Shown here: positions 26,000 through 40,071 of the stretch, in pieces
Layout: every line of letters begins with the position of its first letter
Numbering within the stretch: the first letter of the stretch is position 1
NCBI RefSeq assembly: GCF_004010195.1
Contig: NC_057718.1
Location: forward strand, 92,350,765 to 92,414,764
DNA length: 64,000 bases
DNA from: Chiloscyllium plagiosum
Taxonomy: Eukaryota
Reading direction: 5' to 3'
Made by a program: the position numbers and the translations under genes
The notes under the pieces: model-generated
What the model saw: the letters and a program-made list of their open reading frames with translations, nothing else
What the model was told of the DNA's origin: nothing
The model's database searches: none

Positions 26000-28900
26000 A
26001 TCCCTTCATCAGGAATGAGGCTTGTGGCCAGGGGGCTGAGACATAAATGGGAGGAGTTGGGGTTGGGGTGGGGGAGGTAGCTGAGAATGCAATAGGTAGA
26101 TGAAGGTGGGGGAGAAAGTGACAGGTCGGAGAGGAGGATGGAGCGGATAAATGGAAAGACAATGGACAGGTCAAGAGGGTGGTGCTGAGTTAGAGGCTTG
26201 GGACTGGGATAAGGTGACGGAAATGGAAATGAGGAAACTGGTGAAATCCATATTAATACGTGTGGTGGCAGGGTCCCAAAGCGGAAGATGAGGAATCCTT
26301 CCTCCAGGCGTTTGGTGGTTAGGGTTTGACAATGGAGGAGGCCCGGGTCCTGCATATCCTTGGTGGAGTGGGAGGGGGAGTTGAAGTGATCAGCCACAGG
26401 GCAGTGGGGTTGGTTGGTGCAATTGTCCCAGAGATGTTCTCTGAAACAATCTGCAAGTTGGCGTCCTGTTTCCCTGATGTAGAGGAGACCACATCGGGTA
26501 CAACGGATACAGTAGATGATGTTTGTGAATTTCAGTTGGATGTGGAGGAACCTTTGGAGCCTTGGACGGAGGTGAAGGGAGAGGTGTGGGCGCAGATTTT
26601 GCACTTCTTGCGGTGGCAGGGGAAGATGCCAGGAAAGGGGTGAGAGCTGGTTGGGGCCGTGGATCTGACAAGGGAGTTCAGCCAAGCAGATGAGGGTGTC
26701 AGTGGAAGGATATTGGTTGGGACAGCGTGAGGAGGAAGAAACTGAGGGCTTGGAGACCTTTCTCATGGTAGATAGTCTCTCCGAAATGCATGTCCCTAGT
26801 GGTGGTTCTGTTTGTAGGTGGCGGACGTGATGGAGGATGATGCATTGTATACAGAGGTTGGTGGGTGGAAGCTGAAGACCAGGGGTATTCTGTCCTTGTT
26901 GTATTGGGAGGAGTGGGTTTCAAGGGCAGATATGCAGGAAGTGGAGGAGATGCGCTGGAGGGCATCGTCGACCATGTGGGAGGGGAAATTGTGGTCTTTT
27001 AAGAAGGAGGCCATCTGGGATTTTCTATGTTGGAGTTGGTCGGCAGAGGCAGAGGAATTGGGAATAATATCACACCCGACCCCCATAATCACGCCCACTC
27101 CAGTGGCAGTCTCTGCCCCCACCCCAAGTCCTAGCTCCCAGCTCTGCCGTGTTTTTACTATTCCCCCAGACCTCCCCCTTACTGAGGATGAACGTTCAGT
27201 CCTCAGCAAAAGTCTCACCTTCATCGTCTGTGCTCCTGGATTAATGAGTTCGCCAAGCGTTGTGATTTCTTCTGTCACCTCCATTTTTTCAATCAACATT
27301 CCCACCCACCCACCCACCGAGGGCCTCTTCTCTCACCTCCAACACACCCCATCCACCTGGACACCCCCTACTGGCCTGTTACCCGCCCTTGGCCTGTTCA
27401 TTTCCAGCTGCCGCCGTGACATAGACCACCTCAACCTGTCCACCCCCCTCACCCACTCCAACTTCCCGCCCTCGCAATATGCAGCCTTCCACTCCAACCC
27501 CAACATCACCATCAAACCAGCAGACAAAGGGGACGCTGTGGTAGTTTGGGGCACTGACCTCTACACGGCTGAAGCCAGATGCCAACTTGCAGACATCTCC
27601 TCCTCCTCCTGCCGCCCCCTCAATCATGACCTCACCTACCATCACCAAATCATCATCTCCCAGACCATCCATAGCTTCTTCATCTCTGGAGATCTCCCAT
27701 CCACAGCCTCCAACTGCATCATCTGCAAACCCCGCACTCCTGATATTACCTCATACCAAAGATTTACAAACCTGATTTCCCCAATCAACCCATTATCTCA
27801 GCCTGTTCCTGTCCCACTGAACTGCTGTCTACATACCTTGACACCATTCTGTCCCCCTTAGACCAGGAACTCCACACCTACATTTGGGACACCACCCATG
27901 CCCTTCACCTCCGCTAAGAATTTTGTTTCCCCGGCCCCCAGTGCCTTATCTTCATCATGGAAACCCTGTCCCTGTACACATTTATCCACCACAATGGAGG
28001 CCTCTAAGCCCTCCGTTTCTTCCTCCTCACACTGTCCCAACCAGTACCCTTTCACTGACACCCTCATCAGACTGGCTGAACTGGTCCTCACTCACTTAAC
28101 AACTTCTCCTTCCAATCCTCCCACTTTGACCAAATCAAAGGGTAGCCATGGGCACCCGCATGGGACCCAGCTATGCCTGACTCTTTGTTGGGTACGTGGA
28201 ACAGTCCCTCTTCCGTAGTTACACCAGCATCATCCCCCACCTTTTCCTCCACTACATTGGTTACTGTATCGGCGCTATCTTGTGCTCGCACGAGGAGGTT
28301 GAACAGTTCATCAACTTCACTAACATCGTTCACCCCGACCTCAAATGCAATTGGACGATCTCAGTCACCACCCTCCCCTTTCCATCTCCATCTCCAGTGC
28401 GATTAACCACGGATATAGACTACAAACCCACCAACTCCCACAGCTATCTGGACTACACCTCCTTCCACCCTGCCTCCTGTAAAAACGCCATCCTGTATGC
28501 CCAATTCCTCCCTCTTTGCCACATCTGTTCCCGGATGACCAATTTCACCACAGAAAATCCCAGATGGCCTCCTTCTTCAAAAACCGCAATTTCCCCTCTC
28601 ATCTGGTCAGTGATGCTGTCCAGCACATCTCCTCCACTTTCTGCACCCCTGCCCTTGAACTCCACTCCTCCCAATGCAAGGAGGCACTGGCCCTCACCTT
28701 TCACCCCACCAACCTCCGTATACATCGCATCATCCTGCGCCACTTCCGCCACCTACAAACAGACCCCACCACTAGGGATGTATTTCCCTCCCCACCCCTA
28801 TCAGCGTTTCAGGGAGACCGTTCCTTCCGCGACTCCCTTATCAGATCCATGCCCCCAGCAACTTCCCTTGCCACCACAAAAAGTGCAAAACCTGTGCCCA

Positions 28901-29525
28901 CACCTCCCCCCCCCCCCACCTCCGTCTTAAGACCCCAAAGGATCCTTCTAAATCTGACAGACATTTGCCTGTACCTCTGCAAATGTCATGTACTGCATCC
29001 GTTGTACCAGATATAGAAAAATACAGCACAGAACAGGCCCTTCGGCCCACGATGTTGTGCCGAACATTTGTCCTAGCTCTGGTCTCCTCTGCAAGGCGCC
29101 AACTTACAGATCATTTCAGAGAACATCTCTGGCACACCCGCAGTAACCAATCCCACTGCCCTGTGACTGATCATTTCAACACCCCCTCCCACTCTACCAA
29201 GGACATGCAGGTCCTGGGCATCATCCATCACAAGACCCAACCACCCAAAGCGTGGAGGAAGAACGCCTCATCTTCTTCCTTGGGACCCTACAACCACACA
29301 GGATTAATGGGGATTTGACCAGTTTCATCATTTGACCAGTTTCATCATTTCTCCCCCCGCCCCCCCAACCCCAAGCTTATCCCAGTCTCCAACACAGCAT
29401 TGCCCTCTTGACCTTTCCATCGTCTTTCCCATCTATCTGCTCCACCCTCCTCTCCGACCTATCATCTTCTCCTCCATCTTCATCAACTACCCCTCCACCC
29501 CCTACCAAGCTCCATCCTCTTCCCA
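26000..29525 (+). mobile_element. Neptune-type PLE pseudogene with a ~1.07-kb inverted 3'-derived arm at its 5' side
   Basis: Forward part (~27066 on): NPNITIKPADKGDAVVVW, VAMGTRMGPSYA, YKPTNSHSYLDY, Cys linker, GIY-YIG remnants. 26000-27065 reads IIYCIRCTRCGLLYIRETG...LIFRFGTL on the minus strand. Many frameshifts; YIDD decayed. Confidence 0.88.
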
Positions 29526-30514
29526 CTTACCTTTTGTGTTTTTTAATGCTCTGAATTTCAAAATCTTGCATCTTTTGTTGTCAGACTCTGGCCATTTAGC
29601 TCTAAGTCTTGGGTTCAAATCTTCAAAAACTGACTATGTGAACAAGTGAAATCAATTTGGGAATTTTCCATTTAGTTCGTATTGGACATGAGCACATAAG
29701 TATCAATAACTTGGTGTCTTTCTCAGGAAAGACAAGTGTGTTAAAGAGAAAACAACCAATTCGTATAATCGGGCATTCTGGCTAGAGCTTAGAAATAGAA
29801 CGCAATGTGTTGTAGGGAGCTTTATTTTGCATCTAATCATACTGGATTTATTGTGAAATGTTTAATGTGCCAAAAAATAGTATGCAGTAATGTAACAGGT
29901 TATAATTATTAGTTTGTTAGTTTTGCTGCTTTGTCTTCTGAGCTCTTTGGATGAACAAATCCCACCAATTTGGATGGCTTTGTACTTAGGGTCTTTTTCC
30001 CAATCTGTCTGAGCATTTAAGTTTTCTTTCATGTTTGTCCATGCTTTTATGTTCCACATTTGGCTTGGAGTAAATTTGGCAAGGCTCAGTGCTCTCATGC
30101 AAAGTTGGCAGTATGAATCTTACAAATTATGCTAATATTGATGAATGCCCAGCGACAAGTTATTGAACTTCGATGTTTAGTGTTTGGTTTACAATGTAAT
30201 TAAAATGCATGCCAGTGACGTGAGTGATTCAGCTCCAGTATCAACACAGAGTAAATATTTCATAGTTACAACAATCACTATTTGGAAGACATGTTGATGC
30301 TCTCCATTTGTTGTATTATCTATCCTATATCTTCATTCACTATTGAATTCAAAATAAATACTTGAATAAAGAGATATTGAGCTTAGCAAGTACCAGATTT
30401 CAGCTACATCTATTTTGTAAGACAGTCTGCTGTCTGAACTAATCAGAAAATCCATTGCGTTGCAATGTCATGTCCTCCTGCCTAATAATTACCATCTCAC
30501 ACCTATGAAGCTCT

Positions 30515-31310
30515 CAACAATGACTTGTATTCATGTTATGTCTTCAACAGAGTAAAAAGTCTGAAGGTGCTTCTTGGGACCACTATCAAACAAAACTTGA
30601 CATTGAAACAAATAGAGAGACATTGAAACTTGTTACCGAAAGCTTGACTGAAGAAATAGGGTTTGAGGAACTGTTTAATGTTGGGAGGGAAATGGAAAAA
30701 CAAAGAGGTTTAGGAAGGAACTGCCAGTGCTCTGGGTTAAGACAACTGAAAGAATTCCTGGCATAAATGAATAATTAAAATTGGGGATGCAGCAGAAGTT
30801 GGCTGGTTACAGAGCTGGAGGAGGCTTTGAGGTAGGGAGCCCTGGAGCCATGGCAATTTTGAAAATGAAAGATGAGAATTCTTTTAGCTTGAAGTGTCCT
30901 GACCTTGGAGCCAATGAGGATGGGAATAATGGATGTGCGTTAGAACTGAGCAAGAGTGTTGGATATGGAGGGTAGACAAAGGATGTTTGGCTAGTAGGGC
31001 ATTGGATTATTCACATCTGACAGCAGTAAAGACATAAATGAAAGTTTCAACAGAAGATGAACAGAGGCGGAGGGGAAGACTGACAATGTTATGGAGTTGC
31101 AAAGCAGTCTTGGCGAGGATGTGTGATCAAAGGTTCACCTTAGGGTCAAATGTAATGCTAAGGTTGTGAATGTTCTTATTTTGTCTCAAGCAGTTGTCAG
31201 GCAGAGGAATGGAATCACTGAATAGCAAGTGATATCTATAACAGTGAGATATTCCTGATATTTAAGGAGAAAATGTATGCTCTGGATGTTAGACATGTAA
31301 TGTGATTATT
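30515..31310 (-). mobile_element. Old L2-type LINE 3' fragment
   Basis: Recognisable decayed similarity to the reverse complement of the L2-like copy at 54640-56125. Boundaries approximate. Confidence 0.45.
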
Positions 31311-31570
31311 TCTTTCCTGGCATAACATTGGAAAAGGCGAAAACAGCAAGTAGAGGCATTCTTGGTGAGAAAGCATAAGTGGAGCGATTGGTGAAAGGGA
31401 CAATGAACAGCCTTTCCCTCAGTATTAGACCTTTCTGGTTAGTTTTAAATCTTGATAATACGTTTGAACAAAATTATTTGACCCAGTGTTTAATGTCTCT
31501 CTAGCTAAGGATAGTAATAGTTGTCCGTAAAACAAGAAGCTGTCTCCTCAAAATCTGTTCATGGCAGCCT

Positions 31571-31638
31571 GCTTCTCTCTCCCTCGCTTCTCTCTCTCTC
31601 TCTCTCACACTCTCTCGCTTCTCTCTCTCGCTTCTCTC

Positions 31639-31673
<35 letters not shown>

Positions 31674-31680
31674 TTTCTCT
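31571..31680. repeat. (TC)n/(CA)n microsatellite followed by a pyrimidine-rich tract to ~32045
   Basis: Directly visible ctctctct...cacacac run. Confidence 0.9.
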
Positions 31681-34600
31681 GTCCGTCTGTCATGATTTTC
31701 TTTCTTACTTGCTGTCAGTCTCAATATTCTTTAGCTCTACTTTACTCTTTTTATGCCCTTAAATTTAGTGTTTACTTTGTATTTTTCTTGCTGTCTTTCC
31801 TCCAGTGTACTCTTCCTTTCCTTGCATTTGTATTCCATTTTTCCTTGCCCCTGCTTAACATTTGTACATCTGTTTCATTTCATTCTGTGCTTTTCTATTT
31901 TTCTGTCGCTCCTGCACCCTTCAGTCACTTCAGTTTTGTTTCTCAGTTCCTCACTTTCAGCTCCCTTTGCTCCCTTTACTCCTACTTTTCTCCTTTCAGC
32001 CTTTTTGCTGCCTCTTCAACAGGTCTCTTTTCAATTTCCTTTTTGTGGCATGAAGAAGATGAGACAGCTGGCTGAAACTTGAGCACTCCAGGAATGAGAC
32101 TTTTAATGCAAAATAGAAGATCAAACTTACAATAGGGAATGTTGTCATTTTCACAAGAGATTTTGCAAATGTAAGGGGAGTGGAACTTTCCCAAGTGATA
32201 GTCCAACAGAATTTAAGAAGTGCTGGAAGCAGCAGAAAATTGACATTTTGCTTTCTGTTAAATGTTGATTTGAGGCTAATCTGACTAACTTTGGGATGTT
32301 TGCATCAGCACAGTCTATTCTCATGATGGCAACACTTGTTTTGCTGTTTTCTGAGTAGTTGTAAAAAGCTGTACAGGTCTTAATTATATTAATGTGAAAT
32401 GTAAGATGAGAACTCCTGGAAGTAGTTTTTTTTACTCACACTTTTTTGTTCACTATTTTCAGTACACAAGCAGAATAAATAATGCTGATATACTTAAGCT
32501 ACTAATTTGAGAATTGCATGTGCAGACTACAAACTGTGTTTTGTACTGAGCTGCTGAAGATGTTTGCATATTCAATTGAATAGTTGGCTGTTTTGAAGGC
32601 TGTTGGAACCATCCTATTGTGAGAAACTTTGAAAAATAAAATGATAAAATTCCAAAAGGACCAGTGGAGTACATGGTTATATATTTGAAATCAAATTGAA
32701 ATGACTAGTTATAAAGTTGAAGCCACCTAAGACATCCCTGTTGAAGTGTTCCCTCATCATTTGGTTTTGAGTACTTGAGATTCAGATAACTGAACCTTGT
32801 GTCATGTAGTCACTTCCACATTGTTAAACTTCAGTTATTAAACAATATTAAATGCTGTTAGATGACATAAAAGTGGGAGTACTACTACATTTAAAAATGT
32901 TGAGCAGCTTTTTTCCCCACCACCTGGTGGATGAGATGAGCTAGATTTTACATTGTTGAAAGAAGAATTTTGTGCAAAGTGACAAAGGAATAAAACAGTT
33001 CTTAAGGAATAAAAGAAAATGATTGATGAGCAGAAAGAAGAAATATAGCAATATTTCTGCTCAACTTAGGATGAAGTATTGGGTACTTCTGAACATAATT
33101 AAAAAGAAGCTAAATTTTGGTTGGTTACGTTGCTAAGAAGTTGAGTAAAACAGTGCATACTTACTGAAAAGTGAATGTGATGCAATTCACTGACCTGCTG
33201 ACAATTAAAGCAGCTCTCATATGTGAGTGAATGTACTCCTCTATTTGAAGTATGCACAGGTTTATAGGAGTGTAAACTTGCCCATGATGTGAAGCTAGTC
33301 TTAGAAATCCACGTTCTCACTGTTTTCAATTGTTTATATTCCAGGTATGTGGCATTTGTGATAATCTCAACTAAGCTTTCCTAAATTTGACAGCTCTAGG
33401 TACAATTTTAAAAAAAGTAATAATTTACTTACCTTTTCCAGCTTCAGTATTGCTGTACAAATTTATTTTTATGTGGTAGTTGTAAATATATCTAAGATTG
33501 AATTTCAGTATTGCACTAATTTTAAGTCTGCTGACACTGGCATTTGTTCAGGAAGGTATTCATCTTTAAATAGATTCTCACAGATGGCTCTCTGAGGAAA
33601 TAGAAAATGGCAAAGGGCATCACAAAACAAAGGTGGAGTGAATTATGAGTAATGTAAGAACCGACTTTATTGGTTAAATTGCCCTTGAAGTGTCATCTTT
33701 GCCTTATTTTAAATGAAATAATATGTGCTTTTTTCTTTTACTGAAATATTATAGAAATGTCATAGGGTTATATATTAAAGAAGTCCAGCAGTAGAGGAAT
33801 GAGTTTAAAAGAATTAAAGGATTTTGAATGTTTATTTTGAGGTCAATAGTACAATACTTGACACTTACATGCCGACTCAACACATTTGGATCTCTGCAGC
33901 CCAAACATGTTTGGTGTCGATTTGAATGATGCAGTATATTACCCCGAAGCACTCAGAGCCTATACCCCCGCCTCCTACTACTACACTGGGCTAATTACAG
34001 CCCTAATTTTTATGTAAATAAGCCAACTTTCCAGTAATGCAGTTTGGAGTGGACATTTCAGGGCAGATTGCACCAAAAACAATTTTATTTGCCTGTAGAT
34101 TTGCCTTCACCTTTCAATAGGACCACCCTTCTTTATGTACTTTACCTGCTTTCATCTCCATAACCCATTTAATGAAAGGGTCATTGTGCAAAGATCCCAC
34201 TTATCATGGGAAACAACAGTAGCAAAATATAGGCAGTCAGTGGCCCTTCTTTCGCTGCTAATGTTCAACATTCCAGGCCCTAAACCTCACGGGACTGCCT
34301 GCACGTCATGGCCTAAGTGATAGGAGTGCCATTAAAATAATTAAATGTGTGATGCCAGCTCATTTTGATGCAGGGACACACAACACCTATGTAGCAGTGG
34401 TCCCAGTGGCACTGTAGGAGCAATACTATTAGTCCCATCGAAGCCCTTTGATAGGCTATATCCCTGTTTCTCAACTATGTGCTATTCCTCAGCAATAACA
34501 TCCAAAAACACCGGGTGCAATTTTCTCCAGCTTGAGGTAGAGAGAAGAATGGTGAGCATGATGACTTAATTGGGCAAGAGTCCAAAAAACACATTCTTGC

Positions 34601-36965
34601 TGTCAACATAAACGTTTGCAATTAAGTCCTCCCTCCTTAGGTGTGAGATCAAATTCCCACCATTAGGTGGGAATTTGTATATCTTAGCATCTCATTAGTT
34701 ACACAATTCCCTTTCCTGATTAACTTTTTCCCAATTGAGAAACTTGATACTTCGAAATCCTGACAATAATAACTAAGTGAGTATCTGTAGCGTTCGACAC
34801 TCTGCCTTGAGTCTGGTGAGTTCACGGCAGTACTGGCCATCTTCCTTCTTTTTACTTTAGACGGAACTGTTACAACTGCAAAATGAGCCTTCGTGCTTAT
34901 TGGATGCAATGTCTCCCTGAACTCTCTATCCACACAACTAGGCATTGGCAGCACATTAGCCACAGACTGTCAGGTTGCTTGTGGTCAGGCAGGCTCAGAT
35001 AGTACTTTTTATCTCTCAGCAAGCTTAAGCAGCAGTCTCTGCTTGAGACGTAGTGTTTTCACACGGAGGGATAAACACCCAATCTCTGACTAGGAGGTGA
35101 AAAATCAGCAGAATTGCATTTGGTTGCTGAGGGAATGGTCACAGTTGTATGGGCAATTGCAGATGGTAGGATGAGACTTGGTTAGTCCCTCTGAAGGTAG
35201 ACTGTCAGGCAAGTTATGATTACTTTGGCCTCCATGTGGGGAGGGTACAGAGCCAGTAGGAGCATAGGAATCTCACGAGCCATGGGCTCCATTGGTAAAG
35301 CAGGCACATCAGTGGTGATACAAAGGGGCTAAACCAAAATGAGTGGAGGGTGAAAGATCATAGGAGCTAAAAGGCACATGAACTATGAGGAATAATTCAT
35401 GGGTTACAGACAGAGCCTGCAAATGGATAGTTGCCATCTCACTGTAATAATTCTAAAATCAACTGTGCAGTAAGGTTTCAATATAGAAAAAAGCACTTTG
35501 GGAGAATTAAGTCAGCAGTGAGGACACTACTGTTGCATCACAAGAACCTGGCAATTCAGGAATGCATTCATGACGTAACCATCAGCAGTGTGTTGTATTG
35601 CCACCTTGCGATCTCTGAGATCAACAGGACTCAGTGGAAGAAGCCACTCTTGATTATGCCTCCTCTTCCAAATTGCTTTAGGCACAAAGTCCCAAAGACT
35701 ACAAGCTAACGTGTTACTGCTGTCATATTCTTTTTTGTAATACGGAACCTCCAGGACATGACTATAGATATAGCCAAAGAAGGTGTTGTTGAAGAGGGAA
35801 CATTTGAATGGGATCTCATGACAATTGCGTCATGAATGTGGACACTTTGTTGGGCCACCTTACATGAAGTAATACATCACCCTAAACTCTTTATCAGTGT
35901 ATTACATTTGATTCTTTGCACCTACTACACACTACCCCCTCAAGAAGGTAACATTCATCTTCATATTGAAGGATGTCAGGACTTAGGCATGCACTTAATA
36001 ATACGTGTAACCCTCTTACATTTTTAGAGGTCTATTTCACCTTAAGAAAGAACACCCAAAGTAAATCCAGTTGTCCTTCTGGTGATGCTGCTAATCAAAA
36101 ACAATGCATGCAGCTGACAGTAGAGAGAACAGATTCTGCAGGCCCAACATGGAGCAGCCACCACCAGCTGTGGCACAGAATTTAGATGGAGAAGCAACAG
36201 GATAAAATCCACCAAGGATGTAGAAGGTTGTGGCTGGAAATGTATCTACAGAGCTTATTGCAGCTGGCTGCAAATATGTGTGGTCCAAAGCAGAAGACTT
36301 TCTAGTTTCAGTGTTCTAGCGATTCATCTGTAGCCACCTTGGCTGCAATCCTGAATTTAGAGATGTGTGATTCCCCAACAGATGACGATATCTGCTGATA
36401 CCCTCGTTTTGTTGCTGATAAGAAAGGATCCAATATATAGTGATTGCAAAGCAACACATCCTTTTGCAGTTTGAAGGTGCTCCACATCTTTAACATTGTT
36501 TCACTTATCCTAGACAATAAGACTACAGCAGATACTGTATTAGTGGATATAATATTATATAATCAATTTGTAATTATTAAATTGATAAAAGTGCTGACTT
36601 TACACAATGCCTGAATATTCATGCTATCAATTTGCACTCAGAGTGTTTTTACTTCTTCTCCCTCTCAGGAGGGGTTCAGGCTGTGGCCTTGTCATGGCTG
36701 CTGATCCCCAAGTGATGCTCATGCCTGCAGAAGAGAAAGGTTTAGTAGTGAGGATGGAAAAAAAAACAGAACATTGTGTTGGCATTGATGTACATCCAAG
36801 AAGCACAAACCCAAAGTTGTTCATTGGATTTGTGGGCCGTTGATGTCTCCATGTCACCACAAAGATAGTCCTGGTCCTCTCAGACTGTTCTACAATTCTG
36901 TCCTATAAGTGGGGTGCGGAGTCTGCAGTGCTCCACAAACCCCTGCCAGTCTTAGTTGCTTCTCA

Positions 36966-37092
36966 CTTCTGAGGGAGAGTTACCGGACCCGAAACATTAA
37001 CTTTGATTTCTCTTCACAGATACTACCAGACCTACTGACCTTTCCAGCAAATTCTGGTATTGTTACTGATTTACAGCATCTGCAGTTCTTTC
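36966..37092 (+). mobile_element. PLE terminus with decayed hammerhead
   Basis: ttctgagggagagttaccggacccGAAAcattaac...tttccagc...cagcatctgcagt. Confidence 0.55.
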
Positions 37093-37449
37093 AGTTTTAA
37101 TTTAGTGCTGTCTATCTACCTAATTAGAAGCCAATTTTTCTTGCTAAGAGACAAAGAAAAGGCTTGAGAATGATGGGAATTGGTGCAGGAGCAGATTGGT
37201 TATGCATGAACACCCAAGATGGTGAGGTGTCCCCTTGAATGAGAGAGTAGGAAGCACAATGTGCAGGCAAAGATGATGAGATGGGTGTGAGCCCTTGAGT
37301 GGACATCATACATGTAATGCTGAGGCTTGCAGCCGATCACCTTTGGTGAGATGTGTATGCAGTGGCAGTGTTAGTGAATAATATCTCTTGGAGTATGTGG
37401 AGTGCAATTTATCCTTGTGGAGTTTCAGAAGATAATTGATTTTTTTGCT

Positions 37450-37902
37450 GCATAAACCGACCGACTCCCACAGCTACCTAGACTACACCTCCTCCCACCC
37501 TGCCCCTTGTAAAAACGCCATCCCATATTCCCAATTCCTTCGTCTCCGCCCATCTGCTCCCAGGAGGACCAGTTCCAATACCGTACAACCCAGATGGCCT
37601 CCTTCTTCAAAGACTGCAATGTCCCCCCAGACGTGGTCGACGATGCCCTCCACCGCATCTCCTCCACTTCCCGCTGCTCCGCCCTTGAGCCCCACCCCTC
37701 CAACCACCACCAGGACAGAACCCCACTGGTCCTCACCTACCACCCCACCAACCTCCATATACAGCGTATCATCTGCCGTCATTTCCACCACCTCCAAACG
37801 GACCCCACCACCAGGGATATATTTCCCTCCCCTATCAGCGTTCCGAAAAGACCACTCCCTCCGTGACTCCCTCGTCAGGTCCACACCCCCCACCAACCCA
37901 AC
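37450..37902 (+). mobile_element. Neptune-type PLE fragment (relatively young), runs into an assembly gap
   Basis: KPTDSHSYLDYTSSHPAPCKNAIPYSQFLRLR and MASFFKD...PLVLTYHPTNL. CpGs retained. Confidence 0.85.
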
Positions 37903-38716
37903 NNNNNNNNNNNNNNNNNNNNNNNNNNNNNNNNNNNNNNNNNNNNNNNNNNNNNNNNNNNNNNNNNNNNNNNNNNNNNNNNNNNNNNNNNNNNNNNNNN
38001 NNNNNNNNNNNNNNNNNNNNNNNNNNNNNNNNNNNNNNNNNNNNNNNNNNNNNNNNNNNNNNNNNNNNNNNNNNNNNNNNNNNNNNNNNNNNNNNNNNNN
38101 NNNNNNNNNNNNNNNNNNNNNNNNNNNNNNNNNNNNNNNNNNNNNNNNNNNNNNNNNNNNNNNNNNNNNNNNNNNNNNNNNNNNNNNNNNNNNNNNNNNN
38201 NNNNNNNNNNNNNNNNNNNNNNNNNNNNNNNNNNNNNNNNNNNNNNNNNNNNNNNNNNNNNNNNNNNNNNNNNNNNNNNNNNNNNNNNNNNNNNNNNNNN
38301 NNNNNNNNNNNNNNNNNNNNNNNNNNNNNNNNNNNNNNNNNNNNNNNNNNNNNNNNNNNNNNNNNNNNNNNNNNNNNNNNNNNNNNNNNNNNNNNNNNNN
38401 NNNNNNNNNNNNNNNNNNNNNNNNNNNNNNNNNNNNNNNNNNNNNNNNNNNNNNNNNNNNNNNNNNNNNNNNNNNNNNNNNNNNNNNNNNNNNNNNNNNN
38501 NNNNNNNNNNNNNNNNNNNNNNNNNNNNNNNNNNNNNNNNNNNNNNNNNNNNNNNNNNNNNNNNNNNNNNNNNNNNNNNNNNNNNNNNNNNNNNNNNNNN
38601 NNNNNNNNNNNNNNNNNNNNNNNNNNNNNNNNNNNNNNNNNNNNNNNNNNNNNNNNNNNNNNNNNNNNNNNNNNNNNNNNNNNNNNNNNNNNNNNNNNNN
38701 NNNNNNNNNNNNNNNN

Positions 38717-39310
38717 GCGAGGTCATGTTGCGGCTGTACAGGACATTGGTTAGGTCACTGTTGGAATATTGCGTGCAATTCTGGTCTCCTTCCTATCATA
38801 AGGATGTTGTGAAACTTGAAAGGGTTCAGAAAAGATTTACAAGGATGTTGCCAGGGTTGGAGCATTTGAGCTATAGGGAGAGGCTGAACAGGCTGGGGCT
38901 GTTTTTTCTGGAGCGTCGGAGGCTGAGGGGTGACTTTATAGAGGTTTACAAAATTATGAGGGGCATGGATAGGATAAATAGACAATGTCTTTTCCCTGGG
39001 TGGGGAAATTCAGAACTAGAGGGCATAGGTTTAGGGTGAGAGGGGAAAGATATAAAAGAGACCTAAGGGGCAACCTTTTCACACAGAGGGTGTTACATGT
39101 ATGGAATGAGCTGCCAGAGGATGTGGTGGAGGTTGGTACAATTGCAACATTTGAGAAGCATTTTGATGGGTATATGAATAGGAAGGGTTTGGAGGGATAT
39201 GGGCTGGATTCTGGCAGGTGAGACTAGATTGGGTTGGGATATCTGGTCGGCATGGACAGGTTGGACCGAAGGGTCTATTTCCATGCTGTACATCTCTATG
39301 ACTCTATGAT
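38717..39310 (+). mobile_element. CR1/HER1 LINE 3' end (young)
   Basis: MLRLYRTLVRSLLEYCVQFWSP..LERVQKRFTRMLPG, FTQRV..WNELP, tail tctatgactctatga. Confidence 0.92.
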
Positions 39311-40071
39311 GGAAATGAGCTAATTGCAATAAGTTAACAATTCAAGCTCTGTTAACAACTAAATCTAATCTATCAGAATTATAACAGTCTGGTATAATAT
39401 TATGTCTGTAAGAACCCTACAAGTAATGCCACCTGAGACTGTGTTTCACTTTGCTTATATTTTTGTGGGATTTTTTCTGTTACATGGACCTCATTACGGC
39501 ATCGAAGATTGAGGGTGGAATGAATCTGTTACAATAGGTGAAAATAAATTATGCCATAGCTTTATAAACATTGTAAACTGTACGCTTAGTTTGACGCAAC
39601 TTAGAGTCGATTGTGAAAAATAAATTTTAATCCAAAAGATGAGAATCTTATTTTAAATTAGTTCGGGCGTGGGAGGTATTTGACCAAGAAAGTAGGGACA
39701 ATATTTTGTTAGTGAAGTGGCCTCTTTAAGTTTCTTTAATTGTTTTAATTAAAAATCATTTTTTCTTGAAGGAAGTATTCTGCTATTGGTTTCGCATGGT
39801 AAGATCTCTTGTTGTTTGGATGCATTTTCATTTTACATGATTCACGTTAGTTTATGGGCATATTAGCTGATGACACTAAATGTGACCTTTTGACTAGATT
39901 AAATTACACAAGCAAATTTTGAACTGAAAGGAGATCTTTACAATTACAATTTTCTTATCTAAGATATAATCTTTTCTATAACTGAAAATTGATATGCTAT
40001 TTTGCTGAATTCAGAATCCCATGTTATAATGGGGACTTGGAGGCACTTGAAAGGATATAAATAAGCATTTT

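Noticed and set aside
26818..27861. 347-aa ORF
   Set aside because: Chimera of the antisense arm and frameshifted forward PLE sequence.
29314..29349. Short tandem duplications (also ~12441-12470 and ~24659-24684)
   Set aside because: Ordinary slippage-type duplications of 12-18 bp with no further structure.
31521..32082. Hydrophobic Leu/Ser/Phe-rich ORFs
   Set aside because: Translation of a TC microsatellite and a pyrimidine-rich tract.
34300..36100. Possible second Harbinger transposase remnant
   Set aside because: Composition suggests an old element, but I could not read a convincing motif.
37436..38812. Long ORFs through N runs (also 4213-4760 and 58302-59068)
   Set aside because: Artefacts of assembly gaps at 4392-4590, 37903-38716 and 58464-58963.
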